Assembly (NCBI RefSeq): GCF_006345805.1
Contig: NC_043000.1
Span: 140,058,001-140,122,000, forward strand
Length of the DNA: 64,000 nucleotides
Source: Octopus sinensis
Taxonomy: Eukaryota
Reading direction: 5' to 3'
In this document: one piece after another, positions 38,711-53,034 of the stretch
Layout: each line of letters opens with the position of its first letter
Position numbering within the stretch: the first letter of the stretch is position 1
Position numbers and translations under genes: made by a program
The notes under the pieces: model-generated
Told to the model about the DNA's origin: nothing
The model's input: the letters and a program-made list of their open reading frames with translations, nothing else
Database searches by the model: none

Positions 38711-39630
38711 GAATAATGCGTGATATGCATTTCTTAGTCAAATGTATGTATGTATGTAGGCATGTGTGTATATATGTATGTAAGCATGTATGTATGTATG
38801 TATGTATGTATATATGTATTTGTGTATGTATGTATGCATGCATGTAAGTGTGTGTATGCATGTATGAATGTGTGTGTATGTGCATGTATATCAGATTTAG
38901 TTAGAATAATGAACTATACAAACCCTATGAAACGAAGAAACATGTACAGATCTTAACGTGCCGCATACAATTCTCTGGATATGATCAGAAAGATAGTGCT
39001 TGAGTATACAAGGGTGCTAGAAAGAAGTTAGATAACACTATATGACGTACATCCTATACTTCATAATATTATTAGTATGCTTGTATATTCATATATTTAT
39101 ATGTCCATATATATATATTTTCAATATTCATGTATATTTATATGTATTTCTAATATATCAATATTTGTTTTTGGACAATTTTTATTTTAATTAAATCCGT
39201 ATACGTATGTGTTCGTTGTGGTTTACCTGATTTGAACTTTCTCCATTCCATTTATTATAATTATGTATGTATATATACATACACACATACATGTGTATGT
39301 GCACACACACTGACCCATATACATGCGTACAAACAAACAAAAAGAATGTAGCTTCAATAATAGAATCAACCACTATTGAAAAGGTTGCAAGACGCAATGA
39401 AAATTATAAAAAAAATAAATAAGAAAATGTTCGGAAATTTTACCAGTAAGTGTGTTAAATTATAAGGCGCTAACAGAGAATGACTCTCCCCAGACACAAC
39501 AGAATATGCTTCAATACACGAATTCACAAAGAATGTTGCACACCAAATACAAAAATGAAATATATACATAAATACATACATACATATATATATAATACAT
39601 ACATATATACATATATACATATATACATAC

Positions 39631-39744
<114 letters not shown>

Positions 39745-39890
39745 ATGTATATATATATATATATATACATGTATAAATATATGCATATCTCTTTTGTATT
39801 TCACCATTTAAATTCTCACTCTGAAGAAAGAACTGGTTTCTAACAAGGATACAAAACTCCATCTTTAGAATGTAGATAACGATAACAATG

Positions 39891-40800
39891 TCACATTTTA
39901 AACCCGAGAAAAGTCTTGCATACTTTTACTGTTCTGCTTAGAGATTGTATGTGAAATGTGCGAATCAATTGGTTTCTTTATTTGGAAATCCCAGCTTATC
40001 CAGACTGACAGTTACAAAAACAAGTGCTCTAATTTTTATTGGTATAAATGTAAAGTTGTTATCCAGATATAAAATCTGGAGGTTTCGAATAGTTGTCCAC
40101 AGTTATATTCTTTCTCTGATTTTTAAAGAGATTTCACCTCAGCACAACAACTGACCTCTGACGGTACATACTTTTCCTTGTCTATTCCAAGCAACAATGT
40201 CCGGCAGGTTATGCTTGCCCTTGATAGATGTTTTGATGGGAACTCAACATAGTGTAGATCAGTTATTATTTAGAGTTATTACTACTCTGCTTGACCGCTA
40301 AGCGATGATGTCTGGTTCACATTTTATACTTTTGTGAATGGTACCTACTACTGGATCTCCTGTCATGCAGTAGCATCAAAGACGTTTTGTATCTAAGAAG
40401 GCAGTAGATAACTCTCCCCCCTTTTTGCATTTCATCCTTAAGACCGTCCCTTTTTTCTTACACAATACAGACATGATAATATATATTTAGGAAGAGATAT
40501 CTTATCATGTCACCAATATCAGTAAATTTGGTCTGCACTAAGGAATCGCCTCTTCTTGCATTGATATTTATTCTTATTGTGCATAGTGCAACATATTAAG
40601 CTTGATGCTATGAGCAAGGTTTCTGGAGATTCATAGTGGCAGTATTAGCCACTAATTATTCAAGTGGCTTTTGTTCTTCTTCCTTAGGGAGCCTTCAAAT
40701 AAAAACCCATTAAATTTCATTTGAAAATATTGATTCATAAAATATAATTTCTGTCTTGTACCATTGTCTTCAAATGGCGATGTTTTTTTCCCCACTGTAC
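39891..40800 (-). mobile_element. Decayed second R4-like RLE retrotransposon, C-terminal part
   Basis: Minus strand IKTSIKGKHNLPDIVAWNRQGKVC, then EVSC, IRNLQILY..FTFIPIKIRAL and TVKVCKTFLGFKM* (RLE C-terminus). The upstream boundary is approximate. Confidence 0.7.
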
Positions 40801-41661
40801 CTTCAAGTTCATTGAAAGTAAAAGATAAAAAAATATATGTTGGGTAATGTTATTGTCAGTTTCTTTTTGTCCTCGTTGTCATGACTCACAATAATGATTT
40901 CTTTAACCTTTCTATATAGCATCTAAGAGCCAAATTTCGATAAGTAACGATGTATTGGTTTTTCAGTAGAATGTCTTGTTTTTACTCATTGACGACAACA
41001 AAACAATTGGCCATAAAGAAAAAGGCCATTGGTAACAATAGTACAGGATTAATGGGTTTGAAGCAGCCAATAAAATATGCCAAGCTTTTTTTCTTGATTA
41101 AACCTGATTTATCTGCAAAAATTTAAAATAAAGTTACTTGTTTCTGCTTCTCTTAGGGATATTAACACTGGAGATGAAAATCGCAAGATAAAAATTGCTG
41201 CCAAAACTTCAGCACAAACCATACAATAACAATAGCTTGCAAACAAGATAAATGAAATGTTTCTATCAAGTACATTTTGACTGACTTAAATTCATTAAAT
41301 GCCTTTATGTCCAATTTTGGACTGATGCCACATATTGTTGCGAGATTAAAATAGCAACTTGTATGAAATTTTTGGTCTTTCTACAAATAAATCAACTTCA
41401 CTTTGTTTTAAACTAATTTGTCCAAATAAAACTTTTTAAAATTTGTTTAGTATTTAATTTCAGAGTTTATCTGAAATTGCGTTTAAAGTGAAAGTATTAT
41501 ATCGTGGAGTAAAAAATCACACATATACCCACTTTTTTTTTATTGTTGATACTCCTGTCTTGTTGGGACTGTGGCCATAGGTGGTCAAAGCTTGAGTTAC
41601 TTTCCAGCTTGCCAGATTGGTTACACCAAAAGAAGATGGTGAAATCCTCTCTTCCAGAAAG

Positions 41662-42200
41662 ATCATCATCATTGTTCGACCGTGGTCGAGACAATGGAAT
41701 TTACCATGCTACGCCAGACCTCACGGTCCATCATGGCATTACGGAGGTCCTGTTGCTGGATGCCTGTATCCCTGGAGGTTACATCAGGGTAGGAGAGTGT
41801 GCGCCCTCTGGTATTGTGAGTAGATGGCTTCCAGAGGAGAAGAGTAGAAATTGCCTCGTTTTCAGCTCTACAACAATGTCCAGCAAACTGGACTCTCCTA
41901 CCTTTCACAAGAGATGACACAGGTGGTAGTTTCCCATATATTTGCATTTTGGTTGGATGGCGCTTCCACGAGAGATTTTGAGCTCTCATAAGGAGGCGAG
42001 TGTAGGTTCCATCCAACCACCTCTCAAGCTTCTTTGAAACGTCCAGGTTTCTGAGCCATATAGTAGAATTGGTTCAACTGTGGCTTTGAAGATTTCAAGT
42101 TTGAAGTCTCTACTTAGATTTGATGACCAGATCTTATGCATGTCATTACAGGCTGACCAGGCCATACCCTTTCTAGTTAGAAAGCAGTCTGCACAAGTAT
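41662..42200 (-). mobile_element. RTE-clade LINE 3' end, same family as 25122-25528
   Basis: RKGMAWSACNDMHKIW...EPILLYGSETW...DREVWRSMVNSIVSTTVEQ* with (TGA)n tail. Confidence 0.9.
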
Positions 42201-42239
42201 AATGGAAACACAGACTTGAAGGATAGTAGGACTCACTCA

Positions 42240-43200
42240 ACCATGAGACAGAACAAAGTCAGACAAATTATAGCAATGGAACATCCCTTAATCGAATCCC
42301 TGGTAGGCTGACATCCAGTATATCAGATTTCCAATCAGGGCCTCCCTATGATACTTTACCACATCTGACAAATCTTCACAGATGAGGTAAGAGTGAATCA
42401 CCCTCCTGCCCATTGTGTACTGAGAGAGGGTCTCTTCAACACGTCCTCAGCAGCTGCCATAGACACTTAGCCAATGACTTCTCTTGCTGACAACATGATC
42501 AGGAAATCAAGGTGGTTGCTGGAGTGATAACAATATTTTTAAGCTGTCATGTTTCATATATTTATATATATTTTTAATACAATACTATTTTAGACATATA
42601 TATCTTCGTGAGAAATATTTTGATATTGAATTTCATGCTATTATTTCAAAATACAGTATATAGCAATACAGCCATTCAATCCAATAAATACTACCCCAGA
42701 AAAAAGCCATCATTTTTTACAGAGCTAGATAGAAGACCAGTTCACTGAACCATCAATGACTAATGCTCATTTTCCACAGCCCCAGAGTGATCTTGCAGAA
42801 CAATTAAAGTTCCCAGAGTATATTGGGCCAACAACACTTTGCCCTGGCACAGTAATCATCAAAACTTCCACCAAAATGTGATCATGTAGGAACTGACTGT
42901 TCCTTTGGAAGAACATATGGAGGAGGCTGGTGAGAGAAAGATTACCTTATATCAGAAGCTGGTAGAGCAGTGTGGAAAATAATGCTTGCTAGCACATTGC
43001 AAACTAGTAGATATGGGTTGTTTGATTTTGTTGGGTATTCACTTTGTGAGATAGTTGTTGCAATTGGAGTTACTGGTGTAGCAAAGAGGAAGGTCATAAA
43101 TTCCATCACTGAAGTTGCAAAGAAAGGCATTTGGTGTTTTGGGATATGGTGGGGATTTGGGGGTAAACCAGTGGTTTACTGCTACTGGGAAGCATGTGTC
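42240..43200 (+). mobile_element. Decayed HERO/NeSL-like RLE retrotransposon, C-terminal part
   Basis: YDTLP..TNLHR*GKSESPSCPLCTERGSLQHVLSSC..QHDQ, LKFPEYIGPTTLCP, ELTVPLEEHMEEAGERK..Y and VDMGC..FVGYSL. Confidence 0.8.
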
Positions 43201-43479
43201 AACTGGGAAAGTAATTCAGAAGTTGAAAGACTTTAGCCATCAAGAATCATCACTGATTATGCATCCCAGGGTATTCATGAGATATATTTTGGAATTAACT
43301 TTGTGTGTTCTGTTTTCAACTCCCTGCACGTGCAGATTTGCTTTTCAAAAATCTGCGGTCAATAGAATAAAGTGCCAGTCAAGTACTTTATTTTATTGGC
43401 ATTGACTAATCCACTCCTCAGCATTACTGGAGTTTTGCCTAAATAAGAAATCAGTATTGATACTACTGTATACAATAGA

Positions 43480-44800
43480 CTATCAAACAAGTTTAGTCAC
43501 ACATCTACAACCAGGTGATTGATATAATTCCCGTGAAACTATTGGAAATCAAATACTGGCCAGTTTGTATAAACCTGGGAAGACTTGTTTTTCGAGTTCT
43601 TTCATCTAATTCTTCCACTAAAAATTTTATTTCTTGAAACAGTTTTTAAAATAATCATTATAGCATGTTCTAATTTGCAAACAGTTTCCTTCGTGGAACA
43701 CAGCAGATAATATATACAAAAAGAATTTACATCACAAATCAAAATATATGATTTGAAAAGGAAACAAGCTTCCAACTAGGGCATACCATTTCAAGGTTTC
43801 TCAATTATTTTAAAAGAAAGTACCAAACAAAATTCAAGATCTTTAAGAAAAGAATAATCATAAATGCATGGTGAAACGTTTTAAAACATTTCTTTTTTTT
43901 AAGAACTACTAAGAAATAAAGACAAGTAAATATAATGGTACATGCGATTCAAATGGGGATCATACCTTCTCTAAGTTGTTCATCCACTTTAATTCCATTT
44001 ATATTTCATCTAATTTAATTCAATTATAATTTCTGGCAAAATAGGCTTACATTTTTATTACATCATTGGAAAATTTACAGACCTTCTACCACATGAATTT
44101 TTAAGGAGTATTGTAACTCTTTAAATATTTACGTCCCCTTCTAGGGGGTCTTGAAGTGGATACACTTTGTCAGATTCATTGTGCTATACAACAACTAAAC
44201 TAGTTAAATCAACTACAGAAATAACACAAAATACTTTTCCCGTCTCTAAAACTGAAAGATTGCGTCTTTTGCACAAATAACAATGCATGTACTCTTTCAG
44301 GTGTTAGAAAATAATTTTTCTTTTTTTGCTTCATTGCTCCACTTCATTTGAAGAACCAACTTTGCGAAAATTACATGCAATATCTTTTGTAGGCTCCCTC
44401 TATACTCTCTTCGAGTTCATAATTGCCAATCTTCATAATAAGAAACCGTATATAATCCATCATCAATTGATAGCAAAACTGAGCCACCCTATTATTTTGA
44501 CCAAAGAAACACCCTTTTAATGAACTGCTAATAACCCAGAAATATTATCTTAGGCCTTAAAATCCACACACAATAGTAGATTTCCCACTGAAAGATTATC
44601 TCCAATTCAGCCTATTCTTTCAGTGGGCTGTTATTAAGGTGAAGTTACAATACACTGCCAGGTTCTCCTTGCAAAATGACATGTAACGTGATGCCATGAA
44701 ACATTATCATCATCAAAATGTTATACTCCACATAATACTGAGCCAGCACGCTGCCCTACCACTTGGTGCATATGATATAAGAAATTGTATTGGTGACTTG
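43480..44800 (-). mobile_element. Possible very old hAT transposase relic
   Basis: Minus-strand KQVFPGLYKLASI*FPIVS near 43570 resembles the hAT dimerization motif. Looser upstream similarities have plausible spacing but are weak. Confidence 0.3.
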
Positions 44801-45010
44801 CTAGTGTATCTATGTGGCCTGAACAGATTAATAAAAGCTTAAATATTCTCATTTATTTATCTGATGTTGACCTGTTCTGTGCCCATAAAACTAAGTAATG
44901 CAAAATTAAATCCCCCTGTGACACACACACACACACACTTCAAATTTAATAACAAACATGATTCAGTATTCAACTTTAAATGTTTTACACCTCAGATAAT
45001 CAGTTTAATT

Positions 45011-45285
45011 CATCATCATCATCATCATCATTTAACATCCGTTTTCCGTGCTAGCACGGGTTGGACAGTTCGACTGGGGTCTGGCAAGCCAGGAAGCTGC
45101 ACCAGGCTCCAGTCTGATCTGGCAGTGTTTCTACAGCTGGATGCCCTTCCTAACGCCAACCACTCTGTGAGTGTAGTGGGTGCTTTTTGCGTGCCACCGG
45201 CATGGGTGCCAGGGGAGGCTGGCAGCATCCATGATCGGTTGGTGCTTTTTACATGCCACTGGCACAGGTATCACAACTACAATTT
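45011..45285 (-). mobile_element. RTE 3' UTR-derived repeat, same as the tail of 20386-21755
   Basis: (CAT)n followed by TTTAACATCCGTTTTCCGTGCTAGC...TTTCTACAGCTGGATGCCCTTCCTAACGCC. Confidence 0.8.
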
Positions 45286-47569
45286 AATTATTATATTAAA
45301 ATTAATTATTATATTAAAATCATTAGTCTAGTCTCAATCCATATAACTGTTTATGTTTCATTTGTGCTATCATAAATAGTAACCAAATCTTCAAATTTCA
45401 CTTTACAAACTAAAACTGGAAGAACACATTGGATAATGCTGTTCTAGATACAGTTTTGCAGCAAATCGGTGGGGTTTTTGGCTAAACATCTGATGAAATA
45501 TTTGTTCAAACTGGACTGACCCCGGGCCACAATATAAAAATGAATTCAAATTCATTCTGCGTTTATTGTAATTTGGATGTGGAGTTAAACTAGGTGAAAT
45601 TTATGACCTTATTTCCTGATGTTTAGAGGACATTTATTTCACAAATTGCCTCCCCATCTTGTTTATTGTCTGCGGAAAATATTATCAACAAATTAGATTT
45701 CATTGTCAGCCATCTTGATAAAAATGAAATAGCAAAATCTTTTTTTTTTTTTTTCATTTTTTGGTTTTTGTAAGTTGAGTAGTGTCAGATGCAGATAATA
45801 CTGAAATGTTTTCGTTTGTAGATGGGGAAATATGATAATATTGGGAAATATATAAAATGATTACTGGGATAATTTCAGAGAAATGATTGTTTATTTGTTT
45901 GCTTTTATTCTACATATGTATGTTTATGTTTTCTTTTTTCATTTTTTTTTTTACCTCTGGTAATATTACTAGCAGCAGTTGATGGCAGTATTGTTAACAA
46001 TCATTTTTATGGTGATGACAGTGATGATGATCATAGAAATGGTAGAACTACTGTAGTAGTAGTACAGGTTCTAGAAGTGTGATAGTAACAGTGATAGTAC
46101 GACCAACAATTTTTCATAGTAGTGTCGGTGGAAGTGGTTGGGGGTGGTGGAGGTGATTTGCGATATAGAAATGATATTGGCAGACATGATGAGACTGTTA
46201 AATCATGATGGTGGAGATGATTATTGTGATAAAAGATTGTGAGGATGATTGAGATTGGAGCATGTTTGCTTTGGTGGTGCAGAGTTTTGCTTCAGGTCAT
46301 GGCACTTAGTAACCTTCAATGGAAAAGAAAAAAGATATTTTATTTTCTAACAGCACTATCTCAACTTAACATTCTAGTGATATTTTAAGTAATTTAAAGC
46401 TAAGTTGAGTTTTAATGAGTTATATTAATAGCTAGGTATTTTTTCTATTTCCTACTCTATCCCCTTTACTGCATATACCACTTTGCATTCCTTAAACCAT
46501 CTCTATGAAAGTGAACTGAATTTATTTTATATAGGAATTTAAAGCATGCTTTGTCCTTTGCTTACCAGATCTCTGTAGGTCTAACAATAACACAGAAAAA
46601 AGTAAATGTCATATTTTTCATTTAGCAATACAGTTTCATTTTAAGAGAGCAAGTTTTAAGAGAAAGAGAATATTGGACTAAGTGACTTAAAATTTTGATT
46701 TTACTTCCATTCATTCTATAATCAAACTCCATCTGGACCCATTTTTATTTTTTTCTTCCAGCTTAATAAATTCTTGGTGTCATTTCAGTTTGCTAAATTC
46801 CTTTCTATTACCACCTCTGGCATTATTCCAAGCTAAAATTTAAAAAAATATGATTTGGCTAACGAAATAAATAAAGTAACATGGTTTGTCTTAAAAACAA
46901 TTTTCTGCCAGATTTTAAAATCAATTATCATCTGAGCAGAACCTTAATTATCACCGTTTTTCACACTTTGTCTCATTTTAGAGATGAAATTAAAATATTT
47001 ATAAGAAAGACAAATTTTTTGTCAAAAGCTAGGGCATTTTAGTAACAAACAAATTACAGTTAATGCTAATTAAAAACTATATTTCTGAAACATTTCTTTT
47101 CCTTTGTGGTTATTTTCCTTTGGCACTTCATCTTCTATGGAGATCATTTCATTAATGACAACATTTCAACTGTTTTATTCTCACAAGTTTCTCTGCCACT
47201 TCTTTTAGGCTGTCATCTATTTTTACTGAAATGTACTTTAGTCTTTCCAGTTTCTGTTGTATTACTTTCTTTTTGGCAGCCCAGTTCATTTAACAGATTT
47301 ACCAATTGAATAATTATCAATTATTTTTAACTGTTTCTTGTTTATCTTTGTCATTATTCTTTTTAATTATTATGTTATTTTTGCAAAGTGATATGCATCT
47401 TTATTCCAAATTACTTAAAGACTGTCACAGAACAATATTTTAGAAATAGGAAACAGTTTCAAACTCATTGTGATGGCTTACTACCAATTATTTATGTTTC
47501 CTAAATAGAAGTAGAACGAGTTCTCATATAATGTTGAGGAATGGTAATAATGGGTATTAATAATGGAAT

Positions 47570-47830
47570 AAATACTCCTGACCACTGAGCTAAGTGATGT
47601 TTATTAATAAATCCATATATTTAGACTCTTCCTCAATGCCCATCTTAGAAAACACAGTTAATAAAATACTTTCTTTACATGTTATTTATAACTATCAACC
47701 TACATCACACAAACTATTGTCCTGTGTTGCATACTGATGATAAGGTATTTAACAATTTCAAGGCAAGCAGTCAACTATTGCTTACTGAAACATAGTTAAA
47801 ACTCACTTCTTAAAGAGTGTGTCAAGAATA
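47570..47830 (+). repeat. Old repeat relic homologous to 49600-49790, possibly CR1-group RT
   Basis: Shared blocks TTATTAATAAATCCA, AACACAGTTAATAAAATA and TTGCAT..GAT..TAAGG; translation LHTDDK resembles YADD. Confidence 0.45.
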
Positions 47831-50279
47831 AATCAAAATAGCTGAGATCACACCTCTTCTGGCTATTAGATATGCTTTGAAATTGCAAATGTCTAGATTA
47901 AGCCAAATAAACTGGTTTCCCAAGGAATCACCTCTGATTCACATACTTAGATAGCTGCAAGGTTACCGACAATTTTCAATGCTTGTTCTGACTTAAATAA
48001 GTGGTGCTTCAATTTAGGTCAACATTACTGTTGCAACACACTATAGCTCCAATAATAGTTCATAGACTGTATGATACTATTTTAAACAAAATGAATCTGC
48101 AAGATTTTACCCATGTTTATATAAGAATTCTGTAAACTGATATATCTGACAGATTTTTCAATAAAACGTTTAGTGAACTAAATCAGGTTTTAAACTGAAT
48201 TGTCTCTTATCATATGCTTGACTTAATTATCAACCAAAAGTTCCAATCATTGGTATGAAATGAGGAGTTTTAACACATAAACCAAAATTTTAATATTTAT
48301 GAAACATTATGCATCCTTGGACATCGAATTTTTGTTTTTGTATAGCTATAAAGTTATATTAATGTGGAGGTGTGCATACATATATATATATGTTTATGTG
48401 TGCATATATGTGTGTGACATTTTTCTGAGATTCTTTGCAAACTCCTTTTTCCTATAGAATTTCAAAATTATTTCTGAGTGTTCTACTTACAATGAAACCA
48501 TGACTAGATTAAAAGTGTTTTCTTTCAGTCACCAAATGAAGTAGTAACACTACACAAGCTCAATGCTTACAAACTATTGACCACGAATTCTGTTGATAAA
48601 TGTCAGATATTTTCAGAAACTCAGCTTAGACAACAACTTCAAAGGTATCACTCCTAACATAAATAGAAAATATTTGCAATTCATTTATAGCTAGGATTTC
48701 TTGCACATACAAATCAGACTGTTGGAAACCAAGCAATAATCTTGATGTTAATTGTAAATCAGGTTTGTGCTTAGGAAATAACCCTGATTGATTCTCAACC
48801 CAATGATTTTACTCTTGAAGGAGAAAATTGTATAGTAAGTCATCAATGAGCGACTAGGGAAGTTTTGAAAACTGAAACAGATCCCCTGTGCAGCTGCTCC
48901 TTATCAAAAGTGTTATATATGCCAGATGGGAATTTCCACATAACTGTATGCAATATCTAACATGAGACTCTCTCTTTTTATCAAGTGTACAAAAAATGGA
49001 GCATTTTCCAAAGGCCTGTAGATTCATGACAAATACAAAAGTGTATTTTTATTATCTTTTAGTGATATTAGTCTATATTGTCTTTTAAGCTTTTTGCTTC
49101 TATCACTGACTTAGTTGTTTGTAGAATTTTGCTAAAATAGCACATTGATGAGGCACCAAAATTTTCAATTATGAATCAGTTGAACATAAAAAAGAGCTCA
49201 AATGGTATAATGTGTAATACCTTAGTTAAATTGTGTATGCAAATTAAGAAATTACCTGAAGTACAATTAAAGGTAAAAGACACCCTTTAGGGTCATATTC
49301 AAAATGCTTTTTCTAACTGATCACTGATCAGATGCTGTCTTTGGTACTCTGTTTTGAGCATTCATCAATTACAATATAACTCTTTGGTCACCATCTGGAA
49401 CTAGAGCTTTGCTAAAAATCAATCCACTAAGTCGTATCTAACCTATCACTTAATATTAAACATGTAATTATGAAGATATTGTAAGTTTAAATAATCTGAT
49501 GTCAGGTTTATTTAATGGAAAGTGAATGTGATGTTGAAGGGAGACATTAATGCACCAAATAGCACACACTGACAAGTACAATTATGTCATAAACAGTGTT
49601 AGTGAAAGGAGGTGAGCACTTGACTACACTGAAATTATTAATAAATCCACATATTAAGGCACTGACTGGTTACCCAACTTAACACAGTTAATAAAATATT
49701 TTTGTATAAAGTACTATTGACTTATTTAACAAAAAATCATTGTACTGTTGCATGTTGATTGTAAGGCTTTTACCATGCCAAGCCAGGTGGTAAATATTTT
49801 TTTGTTCAACTTTGTTATTTTCATTCTTACCAATCAATTACAGGTGTTAGCTCTGTCTTGAATACTTGAATGAACTTTATTAAGGCACCAGGAAGTAGTG
49901 TAATATTGATTGTTGATTCAAGTCAGCCATCCAAGAACTCAGAATGCAAAGATTTAGAACAAAAACTACAAGACACCTTATTCAACACTCCAATAATTCT
50001 ACCAATTCACCATTTTGGATCAGTGCTTTACTACATTAGTCCTGAAAAGATGAAAGACAAAAGTGACTTCCACAGAACTTGAACTTGGAGCAAAAATATG
50101 AAAAGAACAGAGTGCAATTCATTATGGCAAATTTGATAACCTAGAATAGTGGTAACATCAGCCCAAACTTGGACAAACACCACAATACAATTTATCCAAC
50201 ACCCTGATAACATTGTCACTCATGTCTTTAATTGTATTACAGGTTAGGTCAATTGTTACTCCTATGAGATATTGATTTC

Positions 50280-50950
50280 ACTGAAGATTTTGCATCTGCT
50301 GCCAGTAGCTGCTACTACCTTTATTGTTTTCTCACATGTTCAAAGATGAAGGAGTTCTCTCTTAGACACCAACAAAACTATTTAAAGTGTATCAGCAACA
50401 GAGAACACAGCCACAAGAAGTGCAGGAGAATTGAAACTGCTCTGGTTATACTACACATTCTGTGATCCATCACAAGCAAGGAAACTATTGAATAGTGGTA
50501 TTTCATTACTGAAGGGTTAACACAGTGAAAGCTCACTCTTAAAGAAGTTATACTACTCCTTATTCTTTATTAACTTTTCACAACTATACATCATCTCCAA
50601 ACAATTTTGAAACTACCCCAGACATGCACCCATTCCATCAAAGAGATATTGAAAGCTTTCTCCACAGGACATGCCAATCATGTCTCTTTCCAAAGCAAAA
50701 ATTAAAAACAACAAAAGAAAAAACAATCAAGCAAGCAATTCTCATATCAAGAAAATATCATACTACAATACACATCTCAGTTACAGACACTCTACAAAGT
50801 TGATGAGGAATCCACAATGGAGTACTGCTCCTACGTATTCAACAATTTTGCTGTTGCACACACAAGTAAGCCAGAATACATTCCAAGAAAGACCATTCAA
50901 TGGATTGACACAAGATCACTCACAGATACTCAAGGCTTATTATTCATTCA
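50280..50950 (+). mobile_element. CR1-group (Crack/Daphne/L2-like) LINE RT relic
   Basis: QLQTLYKVDEESTMEYCSYVF and IPRKTIQWIDTRSLT resemble L.TLYKA..RP.MEYCS and ..QKKAIRLI..PSLT. Confidence 0.5.
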
Positions 50951-51610
50951 TCATGATACTTAGAACTAACCAGTGAGTTTATTAATAAATATTACTAGTA
51001 AAACTGGTTTCTTCAACATCATATTGATAAATCCATAACATATTTTTGTGACAAGTTCACCAAGTGTCACTCTCAGCAGTATAATCGTTTCTGAGTCTAC
51101 TGATAATTTTTCACCAGCTCTGTCCAATCTTTATATTTTATGAAGAATTTTGAATTTGATCAGCTGACCATCAACAAAAGCAATTCACATCTCAAGATAA
51201 ATTTTTTCCTTTAATTAAATTTTTAACATTCACTAAAATTCTAGTTGTAGAAATAGGTATACCTGCTATTATTTTCCATAAAATCCACTCATTCTATCTT
51301 AGTTTTCACATTCTGCATTATGTCCATAATAATTTTCTTATTTGTTTTAGAAGTCTGTGAACATGCAGTAAAATTCAAAAGCATTTATATTTAAATTCTT
51401 AATTTCTTGTAAAGTTGGCAACCCACTGTTCTTAAAGATATCTAATTTATTTCTAAGTTTTCTCGTCATTCTTCTTTATTTCTTCTTCTTAGTTAGTATA
51501 TCTGTCTCAGTGGGGTATACAATTGTCATGAAAAATTCCAAATATAATTCTTTAATTAGTTGAGAAGTGACATATTGCCAACCATGACTGACAAGGTATA
51601 AAAGATAAAA

Positions 51611-51840
51611 GGCGGCGAGCTGGCAGAAACGTTAGCACGCCGGGCGAAATGCGTAGCCATATTTCGTCTGCCGCTACGTTCTGAGTTCAAATTCCGCCGA
51701 GGTCGACTTTGCCTTTCATCCTTTCGGGGTCGATTAAATAAGTACCAGTTACACACTGGGGTCGATATAATCGGCTTAATCCGTTTGTCTGTCCTTGTTT
51801 GTCCTCTCTGTGTTTAGCCCTTTGTGGTTAGTAAAGAAAT
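51611..51840 (+). mobile_element. SINE family A monomer
   Basis: TSD AGGTATAAAAGATAA at 51594-51608 and 51841-51855. Confidence 0.92.
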
Positions 51841-51942
51841 AGGTATAAAAGATAACAGTTTCATGGATATACAGGTTATGATCTTTTCCTCAGTTTAATA
51901 CATCATTATTACTTGTATATGTATATTAATACACATATGATA

Positions 51943-52292
51943 CATCATCATCATCATCATCATCGTTTAACGTCCGTTTTCCATGCTAGCATGTATTGGA
52001 TGGTTCGACTGGGATCTGAGAAGCCAGGAGGTTGCATCAGGCTCCAGTCAGATCTGGCAGTGTTTCTACAGTTGTATGCCCTTCCTAACACCAACCACAC
52101 TGTGAGGAGTGGGTGCTTTTTATGTGCCACTGGCAGAGGGGCCAGAGGAGGCTGGCAACAGCCACAATCGGCTGGTGCTTTTTACGTAGCACCGGCATGG
52201 AAGCCAGTCAAGGCGACGCTGGTGTCAGCCACATTCGGATGCTGCTTTTTACATGCCACGGGGACAGGTATCACAACTACAATTTCCATTTG
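51943..52292 (-). mobile_element. RTE 3' UTR-derived repeat
   Basis: Same family as 45011-45285; a tail-only plus-strand remnant also lies at 54288-54349. Confidence 0.8.
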
Positions 52293-52450
52293 ATTTACAT
52301 TTTGATTACCATCAGGTAATGGTGGTGGGAGGAGATAGATATCCGGTGTAGATGGTGAGAAGATAGATAAAGATCGAGATATCCGGTATTGGTGGTGGGC
52401 TGGGACAAGGTGGGCACACCGTGAGAACAAGCGAGTTTAATTTGGGGAGA

Positions 52451-53034
52451 TGGTATGAGGAATGAACGAAAGTAGCAGGAGTGTTTAGTATAAAATACAT
52501 TCATAGTGTTCATGGCGGATGAGAAATGAAACTAGAGAAACGAGAAATTAGAAATTAAACAAGCCAAGAAATGAGTAATTATCCTAATTTAATTAGTTAG
52601 CTTCTGAGAAAAATTAACTGTTAGTAAATAGTACATTTAAATAGTAAACAATACATTTAAAGTGTAATGGCGAATGAATGAAGGATAAAAAAAATGCGAG
52701 TCTTAGCTTAGCAATGCATAATCATCATTTGGTGACTGGGCAAGAATATGTGAGAGAATTGAATGGTAGGGAGCACATGCGACAAGGATTTTTAAACAGA
52801 TAGATGCAACCGGAAGTGAGCTTAGAGGAAATGGTACGAAGAACGAAAGTAGCAGGAGTGTTTAGCATAGCATACATTCATAGTGTTCATGGCGGACGAG
52901 AAATTAAACTAGAGAAATGAGGAATTAGAAATTAAACAGGCCAAGAAACGAGTAATTATACTAATTTAATTAGTTAGCTTCTGAGAAATATTAGCTGTTA
53001 GTAAACAGTGCATTTAAAGTGTTAATGGCGAATG
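52451..53034. repeat. Direct repeat of about 205-225 bp with a 155-bp spacer
   Basis: 52451-52676 and 52832-53034 are collinear with scattered substitutions and small indels. Confidence 0.88.

Noticed and set aside
39376-39402. TTGAAAA-GTTGC/GCAAT-GAAA hammerhead-like motif
   Set aside because: No stem III, cleavage site or stem I partner.
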